A stretch of DNA of 63,011 bases, filler included, from Thraustochytrium aureum (taxonomy: Eukaryota), in NCBI GenBank assembly GCA_012862495.1. It is 4 parts of 2 records of this genome, joined end to end, with 100 filler letters (N's around TTAATTAATTAA, not from the genome) between each part and the next. Parts side by side here need not be neighbours in the genome. Positions count along the whole stretch, not along the records: positions 26,676 to 44,600 come from BLSG01000086.1; positions 44,701 to 56,072 come from BLSG01000086.1; 2 more parts are not named here. One strand, written 5' to 3'. Made by a program: the position numbers and the translations under genes. The notes beneath the pieces are model-generated. The model saw nothing but the letters and a program-made list of their open reading frames with translations. It ran no database searches and was not told where the DNA came from. Positions 35,695 to 46,615 of the stretch are shown here, in pieces. Within the stretch, counting starts at the first letter, position 1. Each line of letters opens with the position of its first letter.

Positions 35695-38600
35695 ATGCCG
35701 CAGCTCAGGGTCCTGGCGCTCTTCGATGAAGAGGCCGTCGTCGAGTCGCGGACTGCGAGGGAGGTCGTGGAAGCGGCTGCCTGCTGGCTCGAGACGCGTC
35801 TGGGCTGGCAGGTCGAGTTCGCCGGCAGGCGCGGAGCGAGCGGCGGCGGGGAAGCCGCGGCCGAGGCCGAGGCCGTGGTTGTGCTGCTGACGGACGACTA
35901 TGTGCGCAAGGTCGAGGCGGGCGACTGCGGTTGCAAGAGCGAGCTTTTGGACGCAGTGGGGCGCTTGGCAGGGCGGGTTGTGCCGCTTGTTGCCTCGGAG
36001 GCGCTGGGCGATAAGCGCGTCTGGAAGGGCCCTGTCGGGGACCACCTAGCCGGGGAGCTTAGCCAAAGGCTGAGCGCGAGGTATTTTGACGGCTCCATGG
36101 AGGGCCTTGCAGCCATCCTCCGTGCAAAGACCAAAACAGAGCAGCCAGCAGTGATCAAGCGCGGCTCCGCGGCTGAGGTTTTCCGCCTTCCCGATGGATT
36201 CGACGCGATGCGGTTGGCGCAGCGCAAGGCCAGCGACTACGAAGCGGGCACGCGACTTGTAGCGCTCAAAGACGTGCTTCGCTGGCACAATGAAGACGTT
36301 TTGCAAAAGACCGCGCGCCGAGTCGCCGTGTTGCAAGGTCCTGTCGGAGTTGGCAAGTCAGTCCTGTTGGCCAAGATTTGCCTCGACGGCGGACTGCTCG
36401 CCGAAAGCGGAACCGCCCAGCCTACCGCAAAGCGGCGCAGAACTTGCGAAGACGTCTCGAGCGCGGTTTTGGAGGACCAGTTTCTACGGATTGGCGCAGC
36501 ACACTTCTTCAACCTTGACAACGCAAGCGCCGCCAGCCTGCGCACGTGCCTACTCTCGCTCGCTAACCAGCTTGCCGGCGCCGTCCCTGGGCTAGAAGAC
36601 GAGCTGCGTCGTCTTGACCGCGCAGAGCTAGACGAGAGCACCATCACTTTGCCCGAACTCTTCCTGCGCGTCATCGCGAGGCCCTGCAGCGCGGTCTCCT
36701 CGCCGGGGNNNNNNNNNNNNNNNNNNNNNNNNNNNNNNNNNNNNNNNNNNNNNNNNNNNNNNNNNNNNNNNNNNNNNNNNNNNNNNNNNNNNNNNNNNNN
36801 NNNNNNNNNNNNNNNNNNNNNNNNNNNNNNNNNNNNNNNNNNNNNNNNNNNNNNNNNNNNNNNNNNNNNNNNNNNNNNNNNNNNNNNNNNNNNNNNNNNN
36901 NNNNNNNNNNNNNNNNNNNNNNNNNNNNNNNNNNNNNNNNGGAAGATCGTCGTTGTTCTGGATGCCATTGGCGAGGTGGCCGCCGAGGACAAGAACTCGC
37001 TTTTGAGAATCATCAAGACTGATTGGGTCGAGCAAACCCCTGAGTGGCTGGGTCTGCTGGTGTCGTCGAGGAGAAGTGTCGTTGCCAACCCCGAGCTCGG
37101 CGAGTTTCTGCCGCGCACGGTGAATTTCGGCGACGCAGAAAATACTGCAGACATCGAGCGGTTCCTGCGCGCCAGGCTCGAGCGGAGCCTGCGAGACCCT
37201 GCGCGCGAGCTCAAGCCCGCGCTTGAACTCCTCAGTGACCGCGCCAACGGCTCGTTTGTAGACGCGCGGTTCATCGGCGAGCAGTTTGCAGAGCACGAAA
37301 CCGGAACGGTCACCCTGAAACAGCTGCAGGCATGGCCTTTCTTTCCATACGGCCTCGCCCAAAAGCTCCGCAGCTTCTTTTTGCAGTTCCTCGAGCGTCT
37401 CCGTGAGGGCGACTTTGACAGGTATCGCGATTTGTTTGAAAGCATGGTTGTTGCCCGCGAGCCGCTGCCGCTCGAGGTCGTCGGGGAGCTGGTCGGCATC
37501 GGCGGCGAGGCGCTGCAAGTCTTTCTCAGGAGATCTACCAGCGTGCTGGACGTGCGCAAGGACTCGGTTGCGTTCGTGCACAAGCGGTTGCGCGACTTCT
37601 TGCTCCTTCACGGTGAGACTCTGTGCAACACCAGCGCGCGAGAAAAAGCGGATCGCCAGAAGGCCCTTACTGTTTGTGCCAGGCAAGGCCACACGCGGCT
37701 TGCAACGGTTTTACAAGCTAACGCGGGTACACCTACGCCATCGCTGTTCTCGTTACGCCACCTGGTGTTTCACCTTGTGAAGAGCGAGCTTTGGGAGGAT
37801 GCTGCCGCCAAGCTTTTTGACTTGGCCTGGATCCTCGCGGTCGCCAAGGCGGACGCCGCAGGAAGTCTCGTTGAGCTTGACCACAACTGCAGGCTCGATT
37901 GCCGCGCCAAGCTCACAGTGCGCGCAATCGAGAAGGGACTACAGGCCGTCAGCCGCAACTGGCGCGAGCTCCCAAGCCAGCTCATCGGTCGGCTCCCTGC
38001 GGAGCATCCGCTGGTTGGGCAAGCGCACTCGTTTCGCCATTCTGACTGCGACTGGCTGCGCCCCATCCGCCCGACACTCACTCCCGCAAACGACGCGCTG
38101 CGCAAGATTGTTCATGGAAATTTCGACGCGGCGACTGTCGCGACCATCTCCCAGGACGGCAAGCTAGTTGCATCTGGCAGCGGCAATTTACTGCGCGTCT
38201 GGGATGCCAACACTGGCGAGCAGCTGAGCCGCCTCGAAGGTCACCTCGAGCCTCTCCGCGCTGTGGCCTTTGCTTGGGACGGCCAACGAACCGTGTCTGG
38301 CAGCGCGGACACGACCGTGCGAGTGTGGAACTCCACCACCGGCTTAGAGACGTGCTGTCTCAAGGGGCATACTGGTTCGGTTTGCGCTGTGGCGTTCTCC
38401 AGAGATGGTCAGCACATTGTATCCGGCAGTGAAGACTGCACTGCACGAGTATGGGACATCAGCGCCAGGCGTGAGCTCTTCTNNNNNNNNNNNNNNNNNN
38501 NNNNNNNNNNNNNNNNNNNNNNNNNNNNNNNNNNNNNNNNNNNNNNNNNNNNNNNNNNNNNNNNNNNNNNNNNNNNNNNNNNNNNNNNNNNNNNNNNNNN

Positions 38601-41487
38601 NNNNNNNNNNNNNNNNNNNNNNNNNNNNNNNNNNNNNNNNNNNNNNNNNNNNNNNNNNNNNNNNNNNNNNNNNNNNNNNCTTCTGTCTTGGCCTGCACTC
38701 TCGTCCTGTTCGCGCGGTGGTGTTCGCGCATGATGGGCAGCGCATCGTGACCGGCAGCGACGACCGCACCGTCCGGATTTGGGACGCCAAGAGCAGCCAG
38801 GAGCTTGCTCGGCTCGTAGGACACACATCGAGAGTGAACGCCGTGGCCATTTCGAGGGACGGGCAACGAATCGCGTCCGGCAGTCTTGACAGAACCTTGC
38901 GTATCTGGAACACGAGATCAAGAGAACAGCTGCTGACGCTGAATAGCCGCACTGCGTCAGCTGTTGAGCATGTGTCCTTTTCACGCGACGCCTCGCAGGT
39001 CCTGAGTGGCAGCACCGACAATATCGTGCGAGTTTGGAATTCCAAAGTTGGATGTGAGATCGCTCACTATCAAGGGCATGCGCGCGCTTTGCGTGCCGTC
39101 ACCTTTACTCGCGAGAGCCTTGAGATTGTGGGTGTCTGCAGCGACAATACTGTGCGCGTCTGGGAAACCGAAGCGAGCAAGGTGCAGCGCCGACTTGATG
39201 GAGGCCGATCTGGGTCGAACTGTGTCGCGCTCTCACGCAACCTACTCGCGTCCGGGAGCGATGACCGAATCGTGCGAGTCTGGGACACGCGGACCGACGT
39301 GCAGCTGCGTTGTCTCAAAGGACATTCTGGCGCTGTGCGCGCAGTGGCATTCTCGCACAACGGGGAACGCATCGTGACCGGTAGCGAAGACTCTACCGCC
39401 CGGATCTGGGACGTCAACAGCGGCCAGGAACTTGTTCGCCTCGAAGGACACGCTTCCAGAGTGAACACTGTGGCTATTTCGCGAGATGGCCAACGAGTCG
39501 TGTCGGGGAGCTCGGACACGACGCTGCGGATCTGGGACGCCCAAACCGGCCATGGCCTCCGCTGTCTCACTGGCCACACTGGCGCAGTGCTTTCTCTGGC
39601 CCTTTCGCGGGACGGCCAGTGGATCGTCTCTGGAAGCAGCGACAAGACGGTGCAAGTCTGGGACTGCGACAGTGGTCTAGAGGTTCGATACCTCGAGGGG
39701 CACACCTCAAGTGTTAGCTGCGTGACCGTTTCGCGGGACAGCCAGCGGATCGTGTCGGGGAGCTACGACGGGACAGTGCGAGTCTGGCAATCAAGCACCG
39801 GGCGCGAGCTTATGTGCATCAGCGGCCACATGTCGTTGGTTACAGCAGTGGCGCTTTCGCGAGACGGCCTAAGAGTCGTGTTCGGAGGCGGCGACAGAAC
39901 CGTTCGCGTTTGGGACACCAACCGCGGTGTGGAGCTGCACAAGCTCACAGGTCACGAATCCGTCGTGAGCTGCGTCACCTTTACGCGTGACGACCAGCAA
40001 ATCGTGTCCACTGGCGGAGACAACGCAGTACGCTTCTGGGACCTCGTCGCCTTGGCAAGGCATCAACCCCCGCTAGGCACGCGGCAAAGGTAAATGCGTT
40101 GATTTTCGCGCAACACGGCCCGTGGTTTGTTTCTGGCAGCGATGATAATACCGTGCGAGTCTGGTGCGCAAAAACAGGCGAGGAACTGCGCTGCCTCAGG
40201 CCTCATGAACAGGGGAGTTGTCGCGCTCGCCGTTTCGCGTGACGGGCGACGCATTGTCTCAGGCGACAGAAGCAAGGTCATTCGAATATGGGAGGCCCGC
40301 ACCGGCATCGAGCTGCGTGCTATCAGATGCAACGAGTTCGTTTCCTCACCGCTGTTAGGTCGCGTGCGTCATGAACCAAATGGGGCCGCACATACTAACC
40401 TGTTTGATTGGCCCAACCCCTCCCAGGCAATGGCTTGCCTACCCTTCAGCTACTGCGCACACATCTTCTACGAAGCGCGAACACGGATGTGCAAGCCGCG
40501 AGAGCTACGAGCGACGACGACCGGGCCGAGCAACTTGTCGGAATCACTGGTGCGAGTCTCACCAGGGAAGCGGGCGCACGAACCACGGCGACCGATGTTC
40601 GCGGCCAGGATGAACGCCGTCGAGCAAACCCTGGAGATCGCGGAGATGCTGCGCGACTCGGACCCGCTCATTTACGTGGCGCTCGCTCAATGCTGTTCGC
40701 CCCAAACGTGGACGAGGATATGGCGGAGTTTGGGCACGACATGGCGGAATTTTGGGGCCCCGAAATGCTACCCGCCAATCCTCCAGGTGACGTGAGGTTC
40801 CTTCCACCACGTCTTCGACGAAACCAAGGCGCGCAAACCACCGTGGGGGCGGTCGAAGAGCAAGGCCAAACGGGTCGCGTAGGAAACAATCGCCAGGCGA
40901 GGTTTCGGCTTCGCGATCGCAGGAGACCTGCTGAAGCGGAAAGCGGCACAACTGCGCCGCCTTTCGAAGGGCTGACAGGTCTTGATTGGGTTGTGGGCTT
41001 TTCGCAGGACGGCCGGCGCGTTCTTTCGCAGGTCTCAAATGACCCGCCGCAGGCGTGGTGGGTGGAGACGGGTCGGCCGGTCGACAACACAGATGAGGTG
41101 GAGGGCCTGTCCTACGAGCAGACGAGGGCGGCCCTGACGAACGGGGAGCGCACGGTGTCCTATTTCGGGAAGGGCGCGATTCTTTCGGTTGGCTTCTCTT
41201 GTGAATCCAGGGTTATGGCGAGCGTCACGTCGGAGGACGGCTCGTTCGTCGCCGCGTTTGACTCCATGCACAGAATTCATATTCTCGAGCTGGTGCCCCG
41301 AAAGACAATCCGGGGTGTCCTGCTTGGAGTTGAAGACGGTGATGCGATTGCTTTCGACCAAGATCAAGAAATGCACAGCGCGACCCCTCCAGGAGAGGAG
41401 GAGGCGCCGGGCCGCAGCTCTGCTCTTGCGGAAGAGGTTTGCGAGATGCCGCGCCGGTTCGAGGGCCAAAACGAGCCAACTGAGTAA
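35695..41487 (+). CDS. NLR-like STAND protein: N-terminal TIR-like domain, NACHT NTPase, >=16 WD40 repeats (HET-E-like architecture); frameshifts near 40075, 40213 and ~40700
   Basis: TIR-like AVVVLLTDDYVRKV..DCGCKSELLDA..RVVPLV..VWKGPVG. Walker A GPVGVGKS (36337-36360). AAHFF motif, Walker B KIVVVLDAIGE, LLVSSR sensor, winged-helix FVHKRLRDFL, YSLRHL-like FSLRHLVFHL. Repeated GH...V.AVA.SRDGQRIVSGS.D.TVRVWD units. Confidence 0.9.
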
Positions 41488-42392
41488 ACCGAGTTCAGGG
41501 CGGCCACAGCTTCGGCGGGAATTTCGCTGCTCAAACCGGCTGTCTGACCTTGTACCGACCGAGGGCCGCAGCGCCACAAACGGCGATGCGCTTCTTCCCG
41601 TCGCCGTTCCGCCGCGGCGATGGAGCTGTCTGGGAACGTTGCCACCAGCGCACTGCTAGCCATCCGTATGGAACTTGCAGGAGAGTATCTACCTGGGTAG
41701 AGCACAACGACGACGACGACGACGACGACGACACGGCAACGCGTCCCTCATCGAGCCAGCGCTCGACAGCTGCAGGATGCAGCTGCGGGATGCGCACAAC
41801 AATATAACAGCAACNNNNNNNNNNNNNNNNNNNNNNNNNNNNNNNNNNNNNNNNNNNNNNNNNNNNNNNNNNNNNNNNNNNNNNNNNNNNNNNNNNNNNN
41901 NNNNNNNNNNNNNNNNNNNNNNNNNNNNNNNNNNNNNNNNNNNNNNNNNNNNNNNNNNNNNNNNNNNNNNNNNNNNNNNNNNNNNNNNNNNNNNNNNNNN
42001 NNNNNNNNNNNNNNNNNNNNNNNNNNNNNNNNNNNNNNNNNNNNNNNNNNNNNNNNNNNNNNNNNNNNNNNNNNNNNNNNNNNNNNNNNNNNNNNNNNNN
42101 NNNNNNNNNNNNNNNNNNNNNNNNNNNNNNNNNNNNNNNNNNNNNNNNNNNNNNNNNNNNNNNNNNNNNNNNNNNNNNNNNNNNNNNNNNNNNNNNNNNN
42201 NNNNNNNNNNNNNNNNNNNNNNNNNNNNNNNNNNNNNNNNNNNNNNNNNNNNNNNNNNNNNNNNNNNNNNNNNNNNNNNNNNNNNNNNNNNNNNNNNNNN
42301 NNNNNNNNNNNNNNNNNNNNNNNNNNNNNNACCTGGGCGAGGGCGGCGCGCGAGGTGACGCCAAGGGCGGCGCCGAAGGACAACGGCAGCCG

Positions 42393-44240
42393 ATGTCTGG
42401 GCCAGAAGAAATCGTGCAAAGGGTGCTTCAAGTGCTGAACCGGACCGGGGCGGCGGTGCCGCTGGCCAAGCTGTTTGGGGGGCTCCACAAGTCGTTCGAG
42501 CTGCTGGTTGGCGAGAAGGCGACGCTCAAGAGGTCCTGGAGGGCTTTATTTTCCACAAGGGCAGGCAAGAGTTCCAGCTGAGCTTGTCGCGCGGGAGCGG
42601 CTTCAACATCTTGACAGGCGCTGAGCAGGCTGGAGCGGGCGCCGCCGGGTCGGCCTTGGCACTGTCCGAGGAGCCCGGCGACGTGCTGGTGACAGCAAGC
42701 TTTGACAGCTTCGGGGAAGAGTTTCATGGGAGGGTGCCCCGCGCAAACGCACTGAACGGCTCAGTGTCGTTCGGTGGTATGCTGACGATCGAGTTTATTT
42801 CAAGCGTCGCGCGAGATATTATCAGGGCCGCCTCAAGCACAAGCTCGCCGAAACTCGAGGGGCGCAACGTGCTCGCAGCGCTCGCTTCGGTTCTGCCTGC
42901 CACGCACGAAGTGATGCACAAGCTAGTCTTCACGGACCAAACCGAGGTCCACGTCGAGTACGTCGAGTCCAGCGACCAGGGCGCGGACAATGGCGCTGTC
43001 GTGGTGGCATTGTCTGCAGCGGTCAACTTGAGGGAGATTAAAAAGCACTACCCAAGCGTGGAGAACGTGCTGCACTATCTCAAACGCGTCGAGATGCTGG
43101 TGCAGGACGGCTCATCTCTTCCACCGAGCCTTTTCAACGGGAAGGAGGGCGACGGCGCTGGAGAGGCGCGCAATCTCGGCCGGCAGAGCGAGCGGGACGT
43201 TGGCCCGCAGGTCGAGCAAGCAGCGCAGGCAAGTGGCGTTCTTTTGCGCGTCGAGCTCGAGAACCGCGGCAGGGACGCGTGCACATTGCGCGTAGTGGTC
43301 TGCATGAGGGCAGATAGCGACGAACTGCTCTTCATGCATCGCGACGCTGAGCTACCGCTGGTGCACACTGACGAGGTGTCATACATGCCTGCAACGTTTG
43401 ACATTTGTGAAGCGAGTGACTTGCTTGCCGTGGTGAATGCCACCGTGAAGATCGCAGGAGCTGGGGTGCGCCTCCTATTCCGTGCCGACGCTCTACTTTG
43501 GCTTTCACTATGGGGGGCGCGCAACGGCTGGGGACCCAGAGCGGTTCACCGTGCACCTGCTTCACATGGCCGCGCAAAGCAGGGTGATGCACTACTTACT
43601 GAGGCCGATTATAAACATCGAGCTCTTCCGCGCCCTCCTCATGTCGCATTTGGTTTTGGAGCTGGGGGTTACGCCCACCAAGCCTGGATCTCGCGTTGGT
43701 GAGTTTTGCATGAAGTATGGGTTTGCGCTGCTCAAGCCGCGGAGCGCAGTGCTCAAGTGCCTTGCATTTTTCCTTCGCAACCAGATCAGCGGCCTCGACC
43801 TCCTGGATCTCCTTCACGACCTGTTTGCGGGGCTTGCCAAGGATATGGATCGTTTAGCCGCAACAACGCAAGCGCCTGATCGAATCTCGGCGGCCGCGAG
43901 AATGATCCCAAACCCCAAGGTGTGGAGGCGACGAGCCCGATGTTTGGGGAGCAGGGCGGTTCTGGGGATGCGCTGTAGGTGCTGTATTCGCTCTGGCCGG
44001 CCTGGCGGTCTACCCTCGGCTCGGCGATGCTGGGAGCAATCTGGGCTCGTCGGCTCATCGCCAGGAACCCGGCAAGAGCTGCAAAGTGGCCCAAGACACG
44101 CTTGCGCAAATCAACCAACGGGGTTTATTGTCTTCAGTTCCATGGCTATTGCAGTCCACGACTGCGCGCTGCCAGAGCTTCGGGGCTTAAAACTCATGGC
44201 CGAGTCGTTCTCGAGTGCGGAGAGTTGGCGCAGCAGTTGA
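42393..44240 (+). CDS. Hypothetical protein (three overlapping ORFs probably one frameshifted gene; boundaries uncertain)
   Basis: Consecutive ORFs 42393-42581, 42584-43702 and 43482-44240 with protein-like composition (e.g. HKLVFTDQTEVHVEYVE; FFLRNQISGLDLLDLLHDLFAGLAKDM). No family recognised. Confidence 0.45.
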
Positions 44241-44600
44241 CGAATGACAGGCTTGCCAGTTTGACATTGGCCGAGCTCAGCTGCGCACGAGGCACGTGCA
44301 TCGTTGAAGCGCTGGTGCAGGGCGAGATCTGCTACTACCAGCGAGTCCCAGGAGAGAAGCTTCTAAAAAGAGCTCTTCCCGCCCAGGTCTCTTAAGCTAG
44401 AGCTAGAATGCAACGACGGCGCGCCAGCACGATGCGCGAGCGCCGCGTGACACGAGTCATCGTGCCAACCCGAGTCGAGTACGTAAACCGCTTTGTTTGT
44501 CGCCAGGCGTTGAACCTCTCCAGCTGAGGTGACTTTCGGACAGCTGGCCTCGCCCGCTTGCTACGCCGGTGTCTTGGCTTGGGCTCAATCGGATAAGGGG

Positions 44601-44700
44601 NNNNNNNNNNNNNNNNNNNNNNNNNNNNNNNNNNNNNNNNNNNNTTAATTAATTAANNNNNNNNNNNNNNNNNNNNNNNNNNNNNNNNNNNNNNNNNNNN
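44601..44700. other. Artificial scaffold-joining linker
   Basis: N44-TTAATTAATTAA(44645-44656)-N44. Confidence 0.95.
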
Positions 44701-44933
44701 ACATGGAGTACTTTCACGTACTCGGCGGTAGTACCAACCAGTAGCCAGAACCACAATGTGTCGTCCGGATGCATCTCTGCCGGCAGGCTGGCTGGCGCCT
44801 GACTTGAATTCATGCAGCAGCGCGCCCTTGCTAGTGACGCTGCTGCTGCTGCTGCTGCTGCTGCTGCGTGGGCCGGGAAGTGGCGCCGCTGCTGCGCGGG
44901 CGAATCGCGCTCGCTTCACAACATGCGCTGTGC

Positions 44934-46380
44934 CTAGTGATTGCTCGGTTGAACTGGGCCGCCAGGGGGCTGGCTCACGGAACTGGCTTCAGCGACGAGG
45001 AGGGCCACAATGTCGTCCACGTCGTCGTCGCTGCTCGAATTGACAACCCCTCGGGCAACCGCCTCCCCATGAGCCCCGGGCGAATCCACGTTTGGCACCC
45101 CGCCCAGCTTTCCCGTTGTTGGGCTTTCCGCTACAGTCGCGACAACTTGTTCAGAGCCGATCGAGACTCCGACCTTGCCAGCATCGTGCCTGTCCCATAC
45201 AGTGACGAAACTTGCCTCTGCTGGTGGAAAGTGTTCGGTGGTTGGCAGGAAGGGCTTGTCCCAGCCAATGCACCGCAATGCCTCCTCGTGCTCTTCGTCA
45301 GAGATGGCGTGCTTTGCACGGTACGCCTCACACTCGCTCACCTCCTCTGCGGTGAGCACTTTGTCGACCGTGGCGAGGTGCAGCATGGCGACGTATGCCT
45401 CCAGGATCTGTGACTCGAGCTGCTGCTTGAGGTTGGCAATCTTGCGTTTTCGCTTCGCTTTGCTGCCCTTTGCAAAGCTATGCGTGCGCCTGAGCTTGCC
45501 TCGCAGGTCGCCGATCATGAGCCGGTCAGCAGCGGCAACGCGCTCCGGATCCTGCGAAATGCATCGAAAGAGGCCCTGCAAGTCGGTGAACCGCACAATC
45601 TCGACCACGTCCTCGGCTTCACCAGTCGTGTCCCACCTGGCGCTTGAAGGGAAACTGGATTCCGGGTCCCAGAATGTCCCAATCCACTCGCCACCGCGAT
45701 TGGCCGTCTCGCCTTGGACACGAAACATGACGGTCCCATCTTTGACAAGGCGGACAGTGCCGCTGAGCAAAAGGCTTGTGGACTGAATGCCCCACCCGCT
45801 TCGAACAATAGAGTCTCCGGGCTGGTACACCTCCCCAGCGCGCCTTGCCCTCGCGGATGATCGCTTTGAAACTCTGCGGGCGAAACCCGTATGGTAGGAA
45901 GGCGCGGTTGTACAGCTCGAGCTCGCGGTCGTCCAGGTCGAGCGGCTTGCGTGCGTGTGTAATGCGCCAGATCTGCACGCTGTGGAAACCTATGAAAAAC
46001 GTGCTCCAGATCGCGGGCGACCACCGAGGCGGCTTGCTCAACAGGCTTCCGATCACGTTGGACACTGAGGCGCAGACCATCAACGCGCGCAGGTGCAGAA
46101 CGTCGTCTCTCGTTGTGGCAAGGAGTGTCAATACGTTGGCCGCATGTAGCATGTAGGGCAGCGCTGCGACACCCACTACCGACCGCACGGTTTGCAGTTT
46201 CGACTCGGCTGCCCGGCGACGCGCCTCCCACCCTGTGGTCGACGAGGACGAGGCTCGGCGAAGCCTCGGCGCCGAGGCGCGGCCTGCCGAGCGCCTAGGC
46301 CACTGGGCCCGCGCACCACGGCCTCCATGCCTGGCTAGTGAGCTTGTCGGTCCGCGAGCCCCGGCGGCTCGGCACCACAT
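44934..46380 (-). CDS. Popeye-like membrane protein with cyclic-nucleotide-binding-type domain (one frameshift near 45835)
   Basis: Three TM helices with the Popeye/bacterial-homolog pattern (HAANVLTLLATTRDDVLHLRAL; PPRWSPAIWSTFFIGFHSVQIWRI; LDDRELELYNRAFLPYGFRPQSFKAII). Then a cNMP beta-roll (WEVYQPGDSIVRSG...LLLSGTVRLVKDG...GEWIG) and a helical C-terminal domain (YRAKHAISDEEHEEALRCIGW). Confidence 0.7.
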
Positions 46381-46615
46381 CGCAAGGCAAGTTGTAAAAC
46401 TAATACTCAATCAACAACTGGATCAAACAACCCAACCCGTTTCTCGCGAGGTGCTCGGCGGAGGCCCCGCGCGCCGGCACGCAGGCCCGCTCGCTACTGC
46501 TCGCGACCCGCTTGGGAGCGCCCGAGGCTGCTGCAACGGTTTTGAGGCCGAACGCGCCCTTGCGCCCTTTTCACTCGGTCGTGTCGTGGGCCACACACTG
46601 ATGAGACCTGCCATG

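Noticed and set aside
36709..38679. N-gaps inside the NLR as hidden domains or extra repeats
   Set aside because: The flanks join directly into canonical motifs (SSPG|KIVVVLD and RRELF|CLGLH) with short overlaps, so the true gaps are probably near zero, although collapsed WD repeats cannot be excluded.
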